A stretch of 48,250 nucleotides of DNA from Candidatus Woesearchaeota archaeon (GCA_016180035.1 JACPCA010000008.1:1-48250); one strand, 5' to 3'. Positions 36,409-45,385 are shown, counted from the stretch's first letter. Notes: generated by a model not told the origin, from the letters alone. A program made the numbers and translations.

Positions 36409-37641
36409 TTAATCCTTCCCAAGGAACCAATCCGTCAATTTTATCTTGACCATCTTTCCCTGTTTCTCAACACCCAGAACCTTCTTTGCCTCGAGAGAAG
36501 AGAACGATCGTGACAAAGACGTCTTCGGTATGCCGGTCAGGTGGCGAAGCACCGATTGGGATGCCTCGAACTTGTTCTGGACCAGCGCATCGACAATTTT
36601 TGTTTCCCGCTCATTCAGCGTCTTCATAATATCACGCGCGCGCGGATTCAATGCAGAAGAGGGTGATGTGCTGGCCGGCTCTTCTGAATCTATCGGAGCA
36701 GAACCGTTTGTCTTTGCCCCAGTTTCTTTCAGTTTTTTTTCAATATTGGTCTCGAGCACCTGGCGAACTTCTGTCAGCTCCCGCTGAAACCTTTTCCGAA
36801 GGCGCTGGCGGATGCTGATGAACAGGATGATGCCTCCAGCAATAACAACAACGATGCCCACCAGATACCCTGCCAAGCCTGGAGAAAATGCCAGCGGCGC
36901 AGATTGATCCAGCTCAATTTTGACACTGACCACGTTTCCTCGGACAACAGTAGTTTCAACAACGCCAACAGAATTCAGGAATGATGCAAAAATCTTGCAT
37001 GTCCCTGCAGGAACAAGGACGGAGCGGAATGACCCATATCGGTCTGTCTTCGACGGAAAATCGATGTCACCATCAGTCCTGCACATGAAGTCAAGCTCTG
37101 CTCCAGCAATAAGATGGTTCTCGCTATCCACCACAACGCCTTCAAGCATTCCCACCGGATTGACATAAAAAGTCTTCACTACCCTGGTGTCTGTCGACTG
37201 GATGTTGAAGTGATGCTCTGCAGAATAGTCCACTTCATTCGATGTCTGATTCAGCACTTTGACTCCTATTTCCCAATTTCCAGTGGATATACGGTATGTC
37301 AAGACACCGGCTTCGGATAAGTATTGCGTGACATGCTCCTGAAAGCCGGTATTCAAGTTTCGGACTTCAATCATGACAGGAACAGAAGAGATGATCTGAT
37401 TGGAGGTGATGTCCTTGATGATCAGCGACAAAAGAGGGAGAGTAGACGTGATGTCGGAGGTGGTGTCTGTTGGCATGCCTGCGGCTTCTCCGACAAGTGT
37501 GTCATCCGAAACAGAGTCCACCACAGCAGGCTCTTCCTGGGCAATGCTGGAAACAAGGGCAAGGCCAAGAAAGAGAAGAAAGACAGGGACAACAAGATGA
37601 GTTATACGCCTGATACGCTGATGGGATACTGATTGATTCAT
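36409..37641 (-). CDS. Single-pass membrane protein with extracellular beta domains and a C-terminal winged HTH
   Basis: Signal peptide; carboxypeptidase-regulatory-like segment (GMLEGVVVD..TDRYG); TM GYLVGIVVVIAGGIILFI; C-terminal LNERE..QSVLRHLTGIPKTSLSR..LE.K. Confidence 0.7.
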   Translation of the reverse strand: MNQSVSHQRIRRITHLVVPVFLLFLGLALVSSIAQEEPAVVDSVSDDTLVGEAAGMPTDTTSDITSTLPLLSLIIKDITSNQIISSVPVMIEVRNLNTGFQEHVTQYLSEAGVLTYRISTGNWEIGVKVLNQTSNEVDYSAEHHFNIQSTDTRVVKTFYVNPVGMLEGVVVDSENHLIAGAELDFMCRTDGDIDFPSKTDRYGSFRSVLVPAGTCKIFASFLNSVGVVETTVVRGNVVSVKIELDQSAPLAFSPGLAGYLVGIVVVIAGGIILFISIRQRLRKRFQRELTEVRQVLETNIEKKLKETGAKTNGSAPIDSEEPASTSPSSALNPRARDIMKTLNERETKIVDALVQNKFEASQSVLRHLTGIPKTSLSRSFSSLEAKKVLGVEKQGKMVKIKLTDWFLGKD

Positions 37642-37846
37642 AGAAATGGGCAAGAGGCAAACAGTTTATAAAAGTTGCTACTGATAACGTGGATAGAGTG
37701 GAAAGTTTTAAAAAGGAAGCGTTATACGCCAGAAGTGGGTGGGATGTTGGTAGAAGATGGTGACGGAGACCAATAGGCAGGGATAGGATAAATAGGCGGG
37801 AATAGAATAAACAGCACGAAGAATATAATGTCACTTGAGGATATGT

Positions 37847-38389
37847 ATGACGCTTGACCAACCAGAATATACTGACGAACTAAAGATCCCAAAGGACCGC
37901 GTTGCCATCCTTATCGGAAAGGCAGGATCAGCAAAGAAAGACATCGAGCGGGCTACACAGACCCGTCTTGAGATCGACTCCGAAGAAGGCGATGTCACGA
38001 TACGGGGAAAGGACACCATCCTTCTTTTCAGCGCAAGAGAGATCATCCGTGCCATCGGGCGCGGATTCAATCCGGACATCGCAAGGCTGCTTCTAAAGCA
38101 GGATTACTCGTTCGAGACCCTGCCGCTTTCGGAGTATCTCGGCAAGTCAAAAAAGAGGATGATGAGAGTGAAATCCCGCATCATCGGAGAAGATGGCAGG
38201 GCGCGAAGGACGATTGAGGAACTGACTGAAACGCACATTCGCGTGTATGGAAAGACGATCGGCATCATTGGGCCGTTAGAGCGCGTTCTTATGGCAAAGC
38301 AGGCGGTGGAGATGCTGTTTTCCGGAAGCACCCATGCTACGGTCTATAAATGGCTGGAGAGAAAACACCGCAGCTTCCGGCAGTTATAG
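37847..38389 (+). CDS. KH-domain pre-rRNA processing protein (Dim2/Pno1-like)
   Basis: ILIGKAG, AIGRGFNP, RIIGEDG, VYGKTIGIIG, GSTHATVY; usual neighbour of rio1 and top6B. Confidence 0.92.
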   Translation: MTLDQPEYTDELKIPKDRVAILIGKAGSAKKDIERATQTRLEIDSEEGDVTIRGKDTILLFSAREIIRAIGRGFNPDIARLLLKQDYSFETLPLSEYLGKSKKRMMRVKSRIIGEDGRARRTIEELTETHIRVYGKTIGIIGPLERVLMAKQAVEMLFSGSTHATVYKWLERKHRSFRQL

Positions 38390-38423
38390 TTTCTTTGTAG
38401 GCAGAGAACGGATTGATAGAAAA

Positions 38424-38689
38424 TAATAAAACCGGCAGAGCCGGTAACGGGTTATGGCGCCGTCGCCTATCACATTGTTCTTCCAATCCATTTTTCTTGC
38501 AATTTGTAACAAAAAATAATAAATGTGCCAGGGGCACAACGGGTTACGGCGCCGCCACGCATGAATCTGTTGTTCATGTCCATTTTTTTGCTCCTCAACA
38601 GTGTGGAGCAAAAAAATGGAATTTATGAAATTAAACGCGACGGCGCGGATGTCCGTTAATGCCCATTTGGCATTTTTGTTATTTTTTGT
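38424..38689. repeat. REPIN-like family C: left half-copy (38424-38500) abutting a full copy (38509-38689)
   Basis: Repeated AAATAATAAA..AACGGGTTA.GGCGCCG; apical stem 38579-38594/38605-38620; extended ends ACAAAAAATAA/TTATTTTTTGT. Confidence 0.82.
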
Positions 38690-38878
38690 CCAAACGTGCG
38701 ACACTGAGAAATTTATTACTTTTCACAAAACGAATAATCGCAACATTAATAAAACAGTTGCCTTGAAAAGCGGAGAAGCGCAGCGATCACTGCATCGCGG
38801 CACCGTATAGCTGCTTTACCCCACCAGTTATAGATGATTTACCCTACCAGCAGATGCCAACAGCGGCAAACAACCACC

Positions 38879-40705
38879 ATGACGCAGACAACGCTCTCCC
38901 CTCAGGGAAAAGAAGAGAAAGAGGATCATGACAGCCACACTGCTACAAAAGCGCATGAGATGGCAAAAAAGCAGAGGGATATCTCTGTCGCAGAATTCTT
39001 CGAGAAGAACAGGCATCTTCTTGGGTTTGACAATAAGCGAAAAGCGCTCCTCACGGCAGTAAAAGAGGCAGTGGACAATTCTTTGGATGCCTGCGAAGAA
39101 GCAAAGATCCTTCCTGAAATTTCCGTGGAGATCATTGATATGCAGAATGACCGGTTCCGCATCGTTGTAGAGGACAACGGCCCGGGCATCATCAAGAAGC
39201 AGATCCCCAACATTTTTGCCAAGCTCCTGTACGGCAGCAAGTTCCACAAGCTTTCCCAGACGCGCGGCCAGCAGGGCATCGGCATCAGCGCTGCAGCGCT
39301 CTACGGCCAGCTCAGCACCGGAAGGCGGATCGGGATCGTATCAAAAATATCACCGAAGCATCCCGCGCATTATTTTGAGCTCCATCTTGACACCAAGAAC
39401 AACACGCCAGAGATCGCCAAGGAAGAAGAGACAGAATGGAAAAAGGATCACGGCACGAGAATAGAGCTTGATCTTGAAGCGATCTACCAGAAAGGCCTTC
39501 AGTCCGTCGACATGTACCTGAAGGAGACTGCCATCGTGAACCCGCACTGCACGATCATCTACACGAACCCCAAGGCAGAGCAGATCATCTTCCCGCGGGC
39601 AACAGACGAGCTCCCGCCGGAGACGAAAGAGATCAAGCCGCACCCCCATGGCGTCGAGCTTGGCATGCTGATCAAGATGCTTGACGCTACCGAGGCAAGG
39701 ACGCTGCAGAGCTTTTTCACCACGGAATTCTCCCGGGTCGGCGACGGCACGGCAAAAGAGATCTGCAGCAAGGCAGGGATGCTTCCTTCCCAAAAGCCGC
39801 AGGAGGTGTCTCGAGACCAGGCCGAGCGCCTCATGAAAGCCATCCCTCAAGTCAGGATCATCTCCCCTCCTACCGACTGCTTATCCCCGATCGGAGAAGA
39901 GAATCTCAAGCGCGGGCTCAAGAAGGAGATCAACGCGGAATTCTACTGCGCCACGACGCGCCCGCCGTCCGTCTACCGCGGCAATCCGTTCATCATTGAA
40001 GCAGCTGTTGCGTACGGCGGCGAGCTTGGGGCAGAAGAGCCTGCCCGTGTCATGCGGTTTGCTAACCGCGTCCCGCTCCAGTACCAGCAGGCAGCCTGCT
40101 CATCGACCAAAGCGATTCTTGATACGGTATGGAGGAATTATGGGCTGCAGCAGAGCAGGGGGGCGCTGCCGATCGGCCCTGCGGTGATCCTCATCCATAT
40201 GTCCTCTGTCTGGGTGCCCTTCACGTCAGAAGCGAAAGAAGCCATGGCGCATTATCCGGAGATCATCAAGGAAATGAGGCTTGCCCTGCAGGAGTGCGGC
40301 CGAGAGCTGGCGCGCTACACCAACAAGAAGCGCCGCCTCACCGACGAGCTCAAGAAGAGGGGATACATTGAAAAGTACATCCCCTACGTCTGCAGCGCTC
40401 TCGGCGAACTGCTCAGCCTCAAGGAAAATAATAAGGAAGAGATATCAGAATCGCTCAAAAAGATTCTTGAAGAAAAACGAGGAAAAATCGAGGATATCAG
40501 CGATGATAATGAGGAATATGATGAAGAATTCGCCAGCATCGGGCAGGAAGGAGAAGAGGATGAAGGAGAAGCAGGCGCGAAGAACGATAAAGAAGGAGAT
40601 GATCAAGAGCAAGAGAATGGCAGCGGCAAGAAAAAGCGCCGAAAGAAAAATGATGATGAAGAGAATGAAGAGTCCGGCGAAGAGCAGGGCGGGATGGATG
40701 AGTAA
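38879..40705 (+). CDS. top6B: DNA topoisomerase VI subunit B
   Basis: [29 protein letters not shown] (GHKL), [14 protein letters not shown]; acidic tail; start uncertain. Confidence 0.97.
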   Translation: MTQTTLSPQGKEEKEDHDSHTATKAHEMAKKQRDISVAEFFEKNRHLLGFDNKRKALLTAVKEAVDNSLDACEEAKILPEISVEIIDMQNDRFRIVVEDNGPGIIKKQIPNIFAKLLYGSKFHKLSQTRGQQGIGISAAALYGQLSTGRRIGIVSKISPKHPAHYFELHLDTKNNTPEIAKEEETEWKKDHGTRIELDLEAIYQKGLQSVDMYLKETAIVNPHCTIIYTNPKAEQIIFPRATDELPPETKEIKPHPHGVELGMLIKMLDATEARTLQSFFTTEFSRVGDGTAKEICSKAGMLPSQKPQEVSRDQAERLMKAIPQVRIISPPTDCLSPIGEENLKRGLKKEINAEFYCATTRPPSVYRGNPFIIEAAVAYGGELGAEEPARVMRFANRVPLQYQQAACSSTKAILDTVWRNYGLQQSRGALPIGPAVILIHMSSVWVPFTSEAKEAMAHYPEIIKEMRLALQECGRELARYTNKKRRLTDELKKRGYIEKYIPYVCSALGELLSLKENNKEEISESLKKILEEKRGKIEDISDDNEEYDEEFASIGQEGEEDEGEAGAKNDKEGDDQEQENGSGKKKRRKKNDDEENEESGEEQGGMDE

Positions 40706-40779
40706 TGCTGCAAGGTGAAGAACAAGAAGAGATGGCGGATAATGATGCAAGATAAAGAACAAGACGGAGCGGATGAATA

Positions 40780-41877
40780 ATGGTACAGATGCACAGCCCT
40801 CAGGAGATCGTACAAGACATCAAGGCTATTGCCAATGAAGTCTATCAGAAGATCATCAAGATAAAAGCGCCAACGCTGAGCATGCCATTGCGCTCGCTCC
40901 AGAACGTCAAATACGACGAGAAAGAAGGATACTTTGAAGTGCTCGGCAAAAAGAAGGCAAGGACGCTCACGGCCTCCACGGTCAAGACGTTCGCACAGAC
41001 GCTCCTGATGATGAACGAGTCCAAAAAGCTCGTGGAGACCGACGACATCGCCACCAAGAGAGAGATGTATTACATCTCCAAGAACTGGGGTGAAGCACGG
41101 TTCAAGGAGCAGCCGGAATCAGATACTGTCATGGACGATTATGAGGCAATGCTCAGCGTGAACCGCGAGCAGATCGGCTTCGTCCCGGAAGAGAAAGGCG
41201 GCGCGGTCGCCGGAAAGCTCGTTGTCATCGACAAGGATGATACTGGAAAAGAGCTGCGCATCGACTGCACCAAGTTCGGCTCTGGCGCGTATTCCGTGCC
41301 GACCAGCGTGGAGCACCTCAAGTTCGAGACAAAAGCGGACTTTGTCTTGGCGATCGAGACCGCAGGTATGTTCCAGCGGCTGGTGAAGCATAACTACTGG
41401 AAGACTGCCAACTGCGTCCTGGTCTCTATGGGCGGCGTGCCGACACGCGCCTGCAGAAGGTTTATCAGAAGGCTGTCGGATGACATGAAAATTCCCGTAT
41501 ATGTCTTCACCGACGGCGATCCCTACGGATACCTCAATATTTATCGCACGCTGAAAGTCGGCTCCGGCAATGCCGCGCACATCAACAAGTACTTCTGCGT
41601 GCCGAACGCAAAATTCATCGGCGTTACGCCGCAGGACATCATCGACTACAAGCTGCCGACGCATCCGCTGAAAGACATTGACGTGAAGCGCGTCCGGGAC
41701 GGCATGAAGAACGACCCCTTCGTCCAGCACTACAAGGCCTGGCAGAAAGCTCTCGACCATATGGTCTTGATGAAGAAGAGAGTGGAACAGCAGGCCTTCG
41801 CCGCACATTCGCTGAATTTCGTCATTGACACCTATCTGCCGGAAAAGATCAAGAACCAGAAGACCTGGCTGCCGTGA
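40780..41877 (+). CDS. top6A: DNA topoisomerase VI subunit A
   Basis: TKREMYY (catalytic Tyr), EQPESD, IETAGMF, GVPTRA, DGDPYG, EQQAF. Confidence 0.97.
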   Translation: MVQMHSPQEIVQDIKAIANEVYQKIIKIKAPTLSMPLRSLQNVKYDEKEGYFEVLGKKKARTLTASTVKTFAQTLLMMNESKKLVETDDIATKREMYYISKNWGEARFKEQPESDTVMDDYEAMLSVNREQIGFVPEEKGGAVAGKLVVIDKDDTGKELRIDCTKFGSGAYSVPTSVEHLKFETKADFVLAIETAGMFQRLVKHNYWKTANCVLVSMGGVPTRACRRFIRRLSDDMKIPVYVFTDGDPYGYLNIYRTLKVGSGNAAHINKYFCVPNAKFIGVTPQDIIDYKLPTHPLKDIDVKRVRDGMKNDPFVQHYKAWQKALDHMVLMKKRVEQQAFAAHSLNFVIDTYLPEKIKNQKTWLP

Positions 41878-41902
41878 GGGGTTTCTTTTTTGTTCATTTT
41901 TT

Positions 41903-42067
41903 GGCGCTGTAAAAAATGTCATCCAGATTTTGGTGCGCCGCCGTGACTTTCACTGAAGACTCTTTTTTCTTTCCCACCCTGCAAGGTGAGGTGGGAAAGA
42001 AAAAAGACCTAAACCAAGTTTAGATACGGCGGCGCTATGTATAAGCCATGATATTTTCTACAGAGCC
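41903..42067. repeat. Nested-hairpin element with GGC(T/G)CTGTA-type ends
   Basis: Imperfect 20-bp TIR; GCGCCGCCGT/ACGGCGGCGC; TCTTTTTTCTTTCCCACC/GGTGGGAAAGAAAAAAGA. Confidence 0.75.
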
Positions 42068-42121
42068 GATAGCACCATAAACTAGTTATACCAGTTATAA
42101 CTTTGATTATACCAAGAGAGT

Positions 42122-42439
42122 ATGGCTCAACAAAGGAAGATAACGTGCGACTGTGGGGGGCATCTCCAAGAACAAGACATGGAGCTAGATCATATCCTCA
42201 CCAAGGCAATGGTGTGTGATGCCTGCCAGTTCACGACCTTGACCAAAGAGCAAGCTAAGGAGTTTCGGAAGCGGGTAGAATTCCACCAGGCGATAGACCA
42301 GGAAAAGCAGGTTATTCAGATAGGGAACAGCATGGGAATAACGCTCCCTGAAAAGTTGCGGGACTATGGCGTCAGCATTGGAAAGAAATTACGGATTGAG
42401 GCCATTGATGACAAGTCATTTAAGGTGGAGATTGTTTAG
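42122..42439 (+). CDS. Zn-ribbon (YgiT/MqsA-like) plus AbrB/MazE-type DNA-binding protein, antitoxin-like
   Basis: CDCGG..CDAC followed by QIGNSMGITLP..IGKKLRI. Confidence 0.8.
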   Translation: MAQQRKITCDCGGHLQEQDMELDHILTKAMVCDACQFTTLTKEQAKEFRKRVEFHQAIDQEKQVIQIGNSMGITLPEKLRDYGVSIGKKLRIEAIDDKSFKVEIV

Positions 42440-42477
42440 AGAAATACTGCCACAAGAAGACCTGGCTGCCGTGAGCA

Positions 42478-43191
42478 TTAAAGTTGGATTAGCAAGTCAC
42501 GAACTCTGTGCCGGTTCTCTGTGTAAAAAGAAGATGAGGGTTCTGCACTCTTGTCATATTCTTTAAAAAAAGGGTAGAGCTGGTCTACATCCCCGCAAAC
42601 AAGCCGTGTAATCTCATCGCCGGAACGAACAACAAACGAGGTTCCGTAAAGGATTGGAACGCCTATATCTTTAGCATCAATCCTGCCATATGCTTCTGAC
42701 CTGGTAAACCTAAAAAATGCTTTGTAATCGATGGTACTAAGCACCATGTTCAGTTCGTGAAAATGAGTTGTACGAACAGCATGATCTACCACTGACGTAT
42801 TGTAAGCAGCCAGGACATATTCCTCCACAGCATATTTGCCGCCTTGAGACAGGTCTTCACCGACAAGGCCAAATTCAAAGCCGTGCTGAACAATGAAAGA
42901 GAACCGCGGAACATCAACGTGGCCTCGCACGGAAGCAACATAGAACAGCGTTGGCTCAAATGCCACGGCATGGCCGGAAGCAGGTTCGTTATACCGTTTT
43001 AGGACAGCATGATGTTGCTCGCCACCAGCAGAAAAAGCACCAAGAGGATAGACTCGCCGTGCAGTTCCTCCCTGAAGTGCCAGTTCTTCAAACGCTGAAG
43101 GATCAGCCATAATGGAGCGCGCTAATTCTGCTACATCGGATTCCCTGAACGAAGGAGCAAGTTGTGCTGAAGTTGAAAAGTGATCCACCAT
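42478..43191 (-). CDS. Hypothetical protein
   Basis: Open frame of about 237 codons from ATG 43191, AT-richer than flanking core genes; no recognisable family. Confidence 0.6.
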   Translation of the reverse strand: MVDHFSTSAQLAPSFRESDVAELARSIMADPSAFEELALQGGTARRVYPLGAFSAGGEQHHAVLKRYNEPASGHAVAFEPTLFYVASVRGHVDVPRFSFIVQHGFEFGLVGEDLSQGGKYAVEEYVLAAYNTSVVDHAVRTTHFHELNMVLSTIDYKAFFRFTRSEAYGRIDAKDIGVPILYGTSFVVRSGDEITRLVCGDVDQLYPFFKEYDKSAEPSSSFYTENRHRVRDLLIQL

Positions 43192-43277
43192 TTCTTTGAG
43201 AAACAGGAACTGTCTTATAAAATCATCGAAACCCCACAACAACCTTTAAAAACCAGCCGCCTTCACAAGCCGGTTAT

Positions 43278-43389
43278 GGTCCCGTAGCCTAGCCTGGATA
43301 GGGCGTCGGCCTTCTAAGCCGAAGGTCGGGGGTTCGAAAACGGTATGCAGAGAAAGTATTATATACCGTCGAAAGTCCCCTCGGGACCG
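43278..43389 (+). tRNA. trnR: tRNA-Arg(TCT) with a 37-nt T-loop intron at 59/60 (43339-43375)
   Basis: Acceptor GGTCCCG/CGGGACC; anticodon TCGGC-CT-TCT-AA-GCCGA; strict BHB whose removal restores TTCGAAT. Confidence 0.93.
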
Positions 43390-43391
43390 TT

Positions 43392-43463
43392 GGCGGCGTG
43401 GCTAAGCGGCTAAAGCAACCGGCTGCAGACCGGTCATCGGGAGTTCGAGTCTCTCCGCCGCCT
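43392..43463 (+). tRNA. trnC: tRNA-Cys(GCA)
   Basis: Acceptor GGCGGCG/CGCCGCC, U73; anticodon ACCGG-CT-GCA-GA-CCGGT; TTCGAGT T-loop. Confidence 0.95.
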
Positions 43464-43507
43464 TGGAGGCGACAAGGGCCTGCAATCATGCTCAAGAGCG
43501 TGGCAGA

Positions 43508-44059
43508 ATGCCCCTTGCCGAAACAACAATGACAAAAGATAAAGTAGAAGCAAAACTGGTAGAAGAAAAAGTCGTTACCGAAGATTCCGACGCGGCCCGC
43601 GACATCGCCAATCAGGGCAGGTACGGGCAGATCGTGAACAAGTGCGTCGAGCTCTCTCTTCTCGAGGCGATATACCTGGTAGAGAAAGAGAAGCTCACCG
43701 TCAAAGACAAGCGCGGCAAGGAACTGCCGGCCGACCAGCTGATGGTGAAGGCGCGCAGGTATGACCCCAACATCAGCGTCCGCTACCGCGTCTTCCGGGA
43801 CATCCGGAGCAGGGGCTACATCGTCAAGACCGCGCTCAAGTTCGGCGCAGACTTTCGCGTGTACGACCGCGGCGTCAAGCCCGGCGAGGACCATGCCAAA
43901 TGGATCGTGTACCCTGTCCATGAAAGCAGCGTGATGACCTGGCGTGACTTCTCTGCGAAGAATCGGGTTGCCCACAGCACGAAGAAGCGCCTCATGATCG
44001 GCGTGGCGGACGATGAAGGAGATGTGACATTCTATGAGATCCAGTGGATGCGGCCGTAA
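43508..44059 (+). CDS. endA: tRNA-splicing endonuclease (single catalytic unit, alpha4-size)
   Basis: LSLLEAIYL, RGYIVKTALKFGADFRVY..H (Tyr/His), RVAHSTKK (Lys); start 43508 or 43529. Confidence 0.95.
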   Translation: MPLAETTMTKDKVEAKLVEEKVVTEDSDAARDIANQGRYGQIVNKCVELSLLEAIYLVEKEKLTVKDKRGKELPADQLMVKARRYDPNISVRYRVFRDIRSRGYIVKTALKFGADFRVYDRGVKPGEDHAKWIVYPVHESSVMTWRDFSAKNRVAHSTKKRLMIGVADDEGDVTFYEIQWMRP

Positions 44060-44144
44060 GCGCATAAAATTCCAAAGGTGGTTTTGGAATAAAACCAGTT
44101 TTGGAACATAAAAACATATAAAACGGCTGCCGCTTCTGGCAGGC

Positions 44145-45293
44145 ATGACCCTGCAAGACACCGTAGCCCAGCTCGTCCGCCAGAAAGGCCCGCTTCTTCC
44201 GGTGGCGATCAACAAGGAGCTGAAGACCAACGTGCTCTTTGCAGCCGCCATGCTCTCCGAACTGGTAGACAGGAAACAGCTCCGGCTGACCACGATGAAG
44301 ATCGGAGGCTCCCCCCTTTATTATACGCCAGGGCAGGAAGAGAAGCTTCAGCTGTTTTCCCATCATCTCCCTGAAAAAGAGCGCAGGACGTATGACCTGC
44401 TTCGGGAAAAGAAAATTCTCCGCGATAAAGAGCAGGAACCGCTTGTCCGGGCAACGCTCCGAGAGATCAAGGATTTCGCAGTCAAGCTAGAGGTTGAAAC
44501 TGCACAATCGATGGAGATATTCTGGAAATGGTACCTTCTTCCAACCCCTGCTGCAGAAGAGCTGATCCGCCCCTTTTTTGACGAAGCCATGGAAGAAAAA
44601 ATATCCCTCCCTGCCCCATCCCCCTCCATGCCATCACCGCCTTTACACCCTCTCCAACCAGTAGTCAACATTCCATTCCCTCCAGAATCGGCGCCGCGGC
44701 AAGAACCCATGCCGATGGCACGTTCAGCCCAAGAAACGCGAAAAGAGCAAGAGAAAGAAAAACAGAGCGAAGAAAAAAAAGGGGAACAGGCAAGCGGGCC
44801 GCCAAGGCCAAGAGCGGCAAGAGAAGACGGCAGCAGAAAAGAAGAGAAACAACAGGCAAGAGAAAACGAAGGCGCAAAAGAAAAAAGCCTGCAGGAAGAG
44901 CCTGCAAAAAATAGGGAACCTGCCGTTGGAGAAAAACAGATTATCAGTGCGGATGCCCTGTTCATGGATACCACCGGCGACAAGGACAAGTTCTTCAAGA
45001 AGGTCCAATCCTACTGCGCAAAGAATGAGATCAGCATTATCAGTTATAAGATCAATAAGAGAGAAACAGAGATCGACCTTCACCTCCTCATCCCGAGCAA
45101 TGTCGGAAAGCTCCATTACTACTGCAAGGCACGGAACAAGATGAGGTGCAATGATGGAGACCTCAGCACGGCGTACATCCAAAGCCAGGCCCAAAAGCTT
45201 CCAATCCTGTTCCTCACGACCGGCGACGTGACAAAGAAGGCAGGAGCCATGGCGGCACAGGAATTCAAGACCATGACGATACAGAAGATATGA
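44145..45293 (+). CDS. Hypothetical protein with two globular domains and a Pro/charged linker
   Basis: 382-aa ORF with TATA-like upstream sequence; N domain GPLLP..LSEL..GGSPLYY; C domain EIDL..YYCKAR..DGDLS. Confidence 0.8.
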   Translation: MTLQDTVAQLVRQKGPLLPVAINKELKTNVLFAAAMLSELVDRKQLRLTTMKIGGSPLYYTPGQEEKLQLFSHHLPEKERRTYDLLREKKILRDKEQEPLVRATLREIKDFAVKLEVETAQSMEIFWKWYLLPTPAAEELIRPFFDEAMEEKISLPAPSPSMPSPPLHPLQPVVNIPFPPESAPRQEPMPMARSAQETRKEQEKEKQSEEKKGEQASGPPRPRAAREDGSRKEEKQQARENEGAKEKSLQEEPAKNREPAVGEKQIISADALFMDTTGDKDKFFKKVQSYCAKNEISIISYKINKRETEIDLHLLIPSNVGKLHYYCKARNKMRCNDGDLSTAYIQSQAQKLPILFLTTGDVTKKAGAMAAQEFKTMTIQKI

Positions 45294-45385
45294 AAGGGGA
45301 TGATAGCAAGATGAGAAAGCTGAAGTATTACGAAAAGTAGAAAGATATAAAAAGAAACAATGCCAAGCCGTATCCCGAAAGCGTT

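Larger units (their letters stand above)
41858..42475. mobile_element. Small islet bounded by a 21-bp direct repeat of the top6A 3' end
   Basis: AGAAGACCTGGCTGCCGTGAG at 41858-41878 and 42455-42475. Confidence 0.6.

Noticed and set aside
43463..43507. EndA start at 43463
   Set aside because: It overlaps the tRNA-Cys discriminator; ATG 43508 or 43529 is more plausible.
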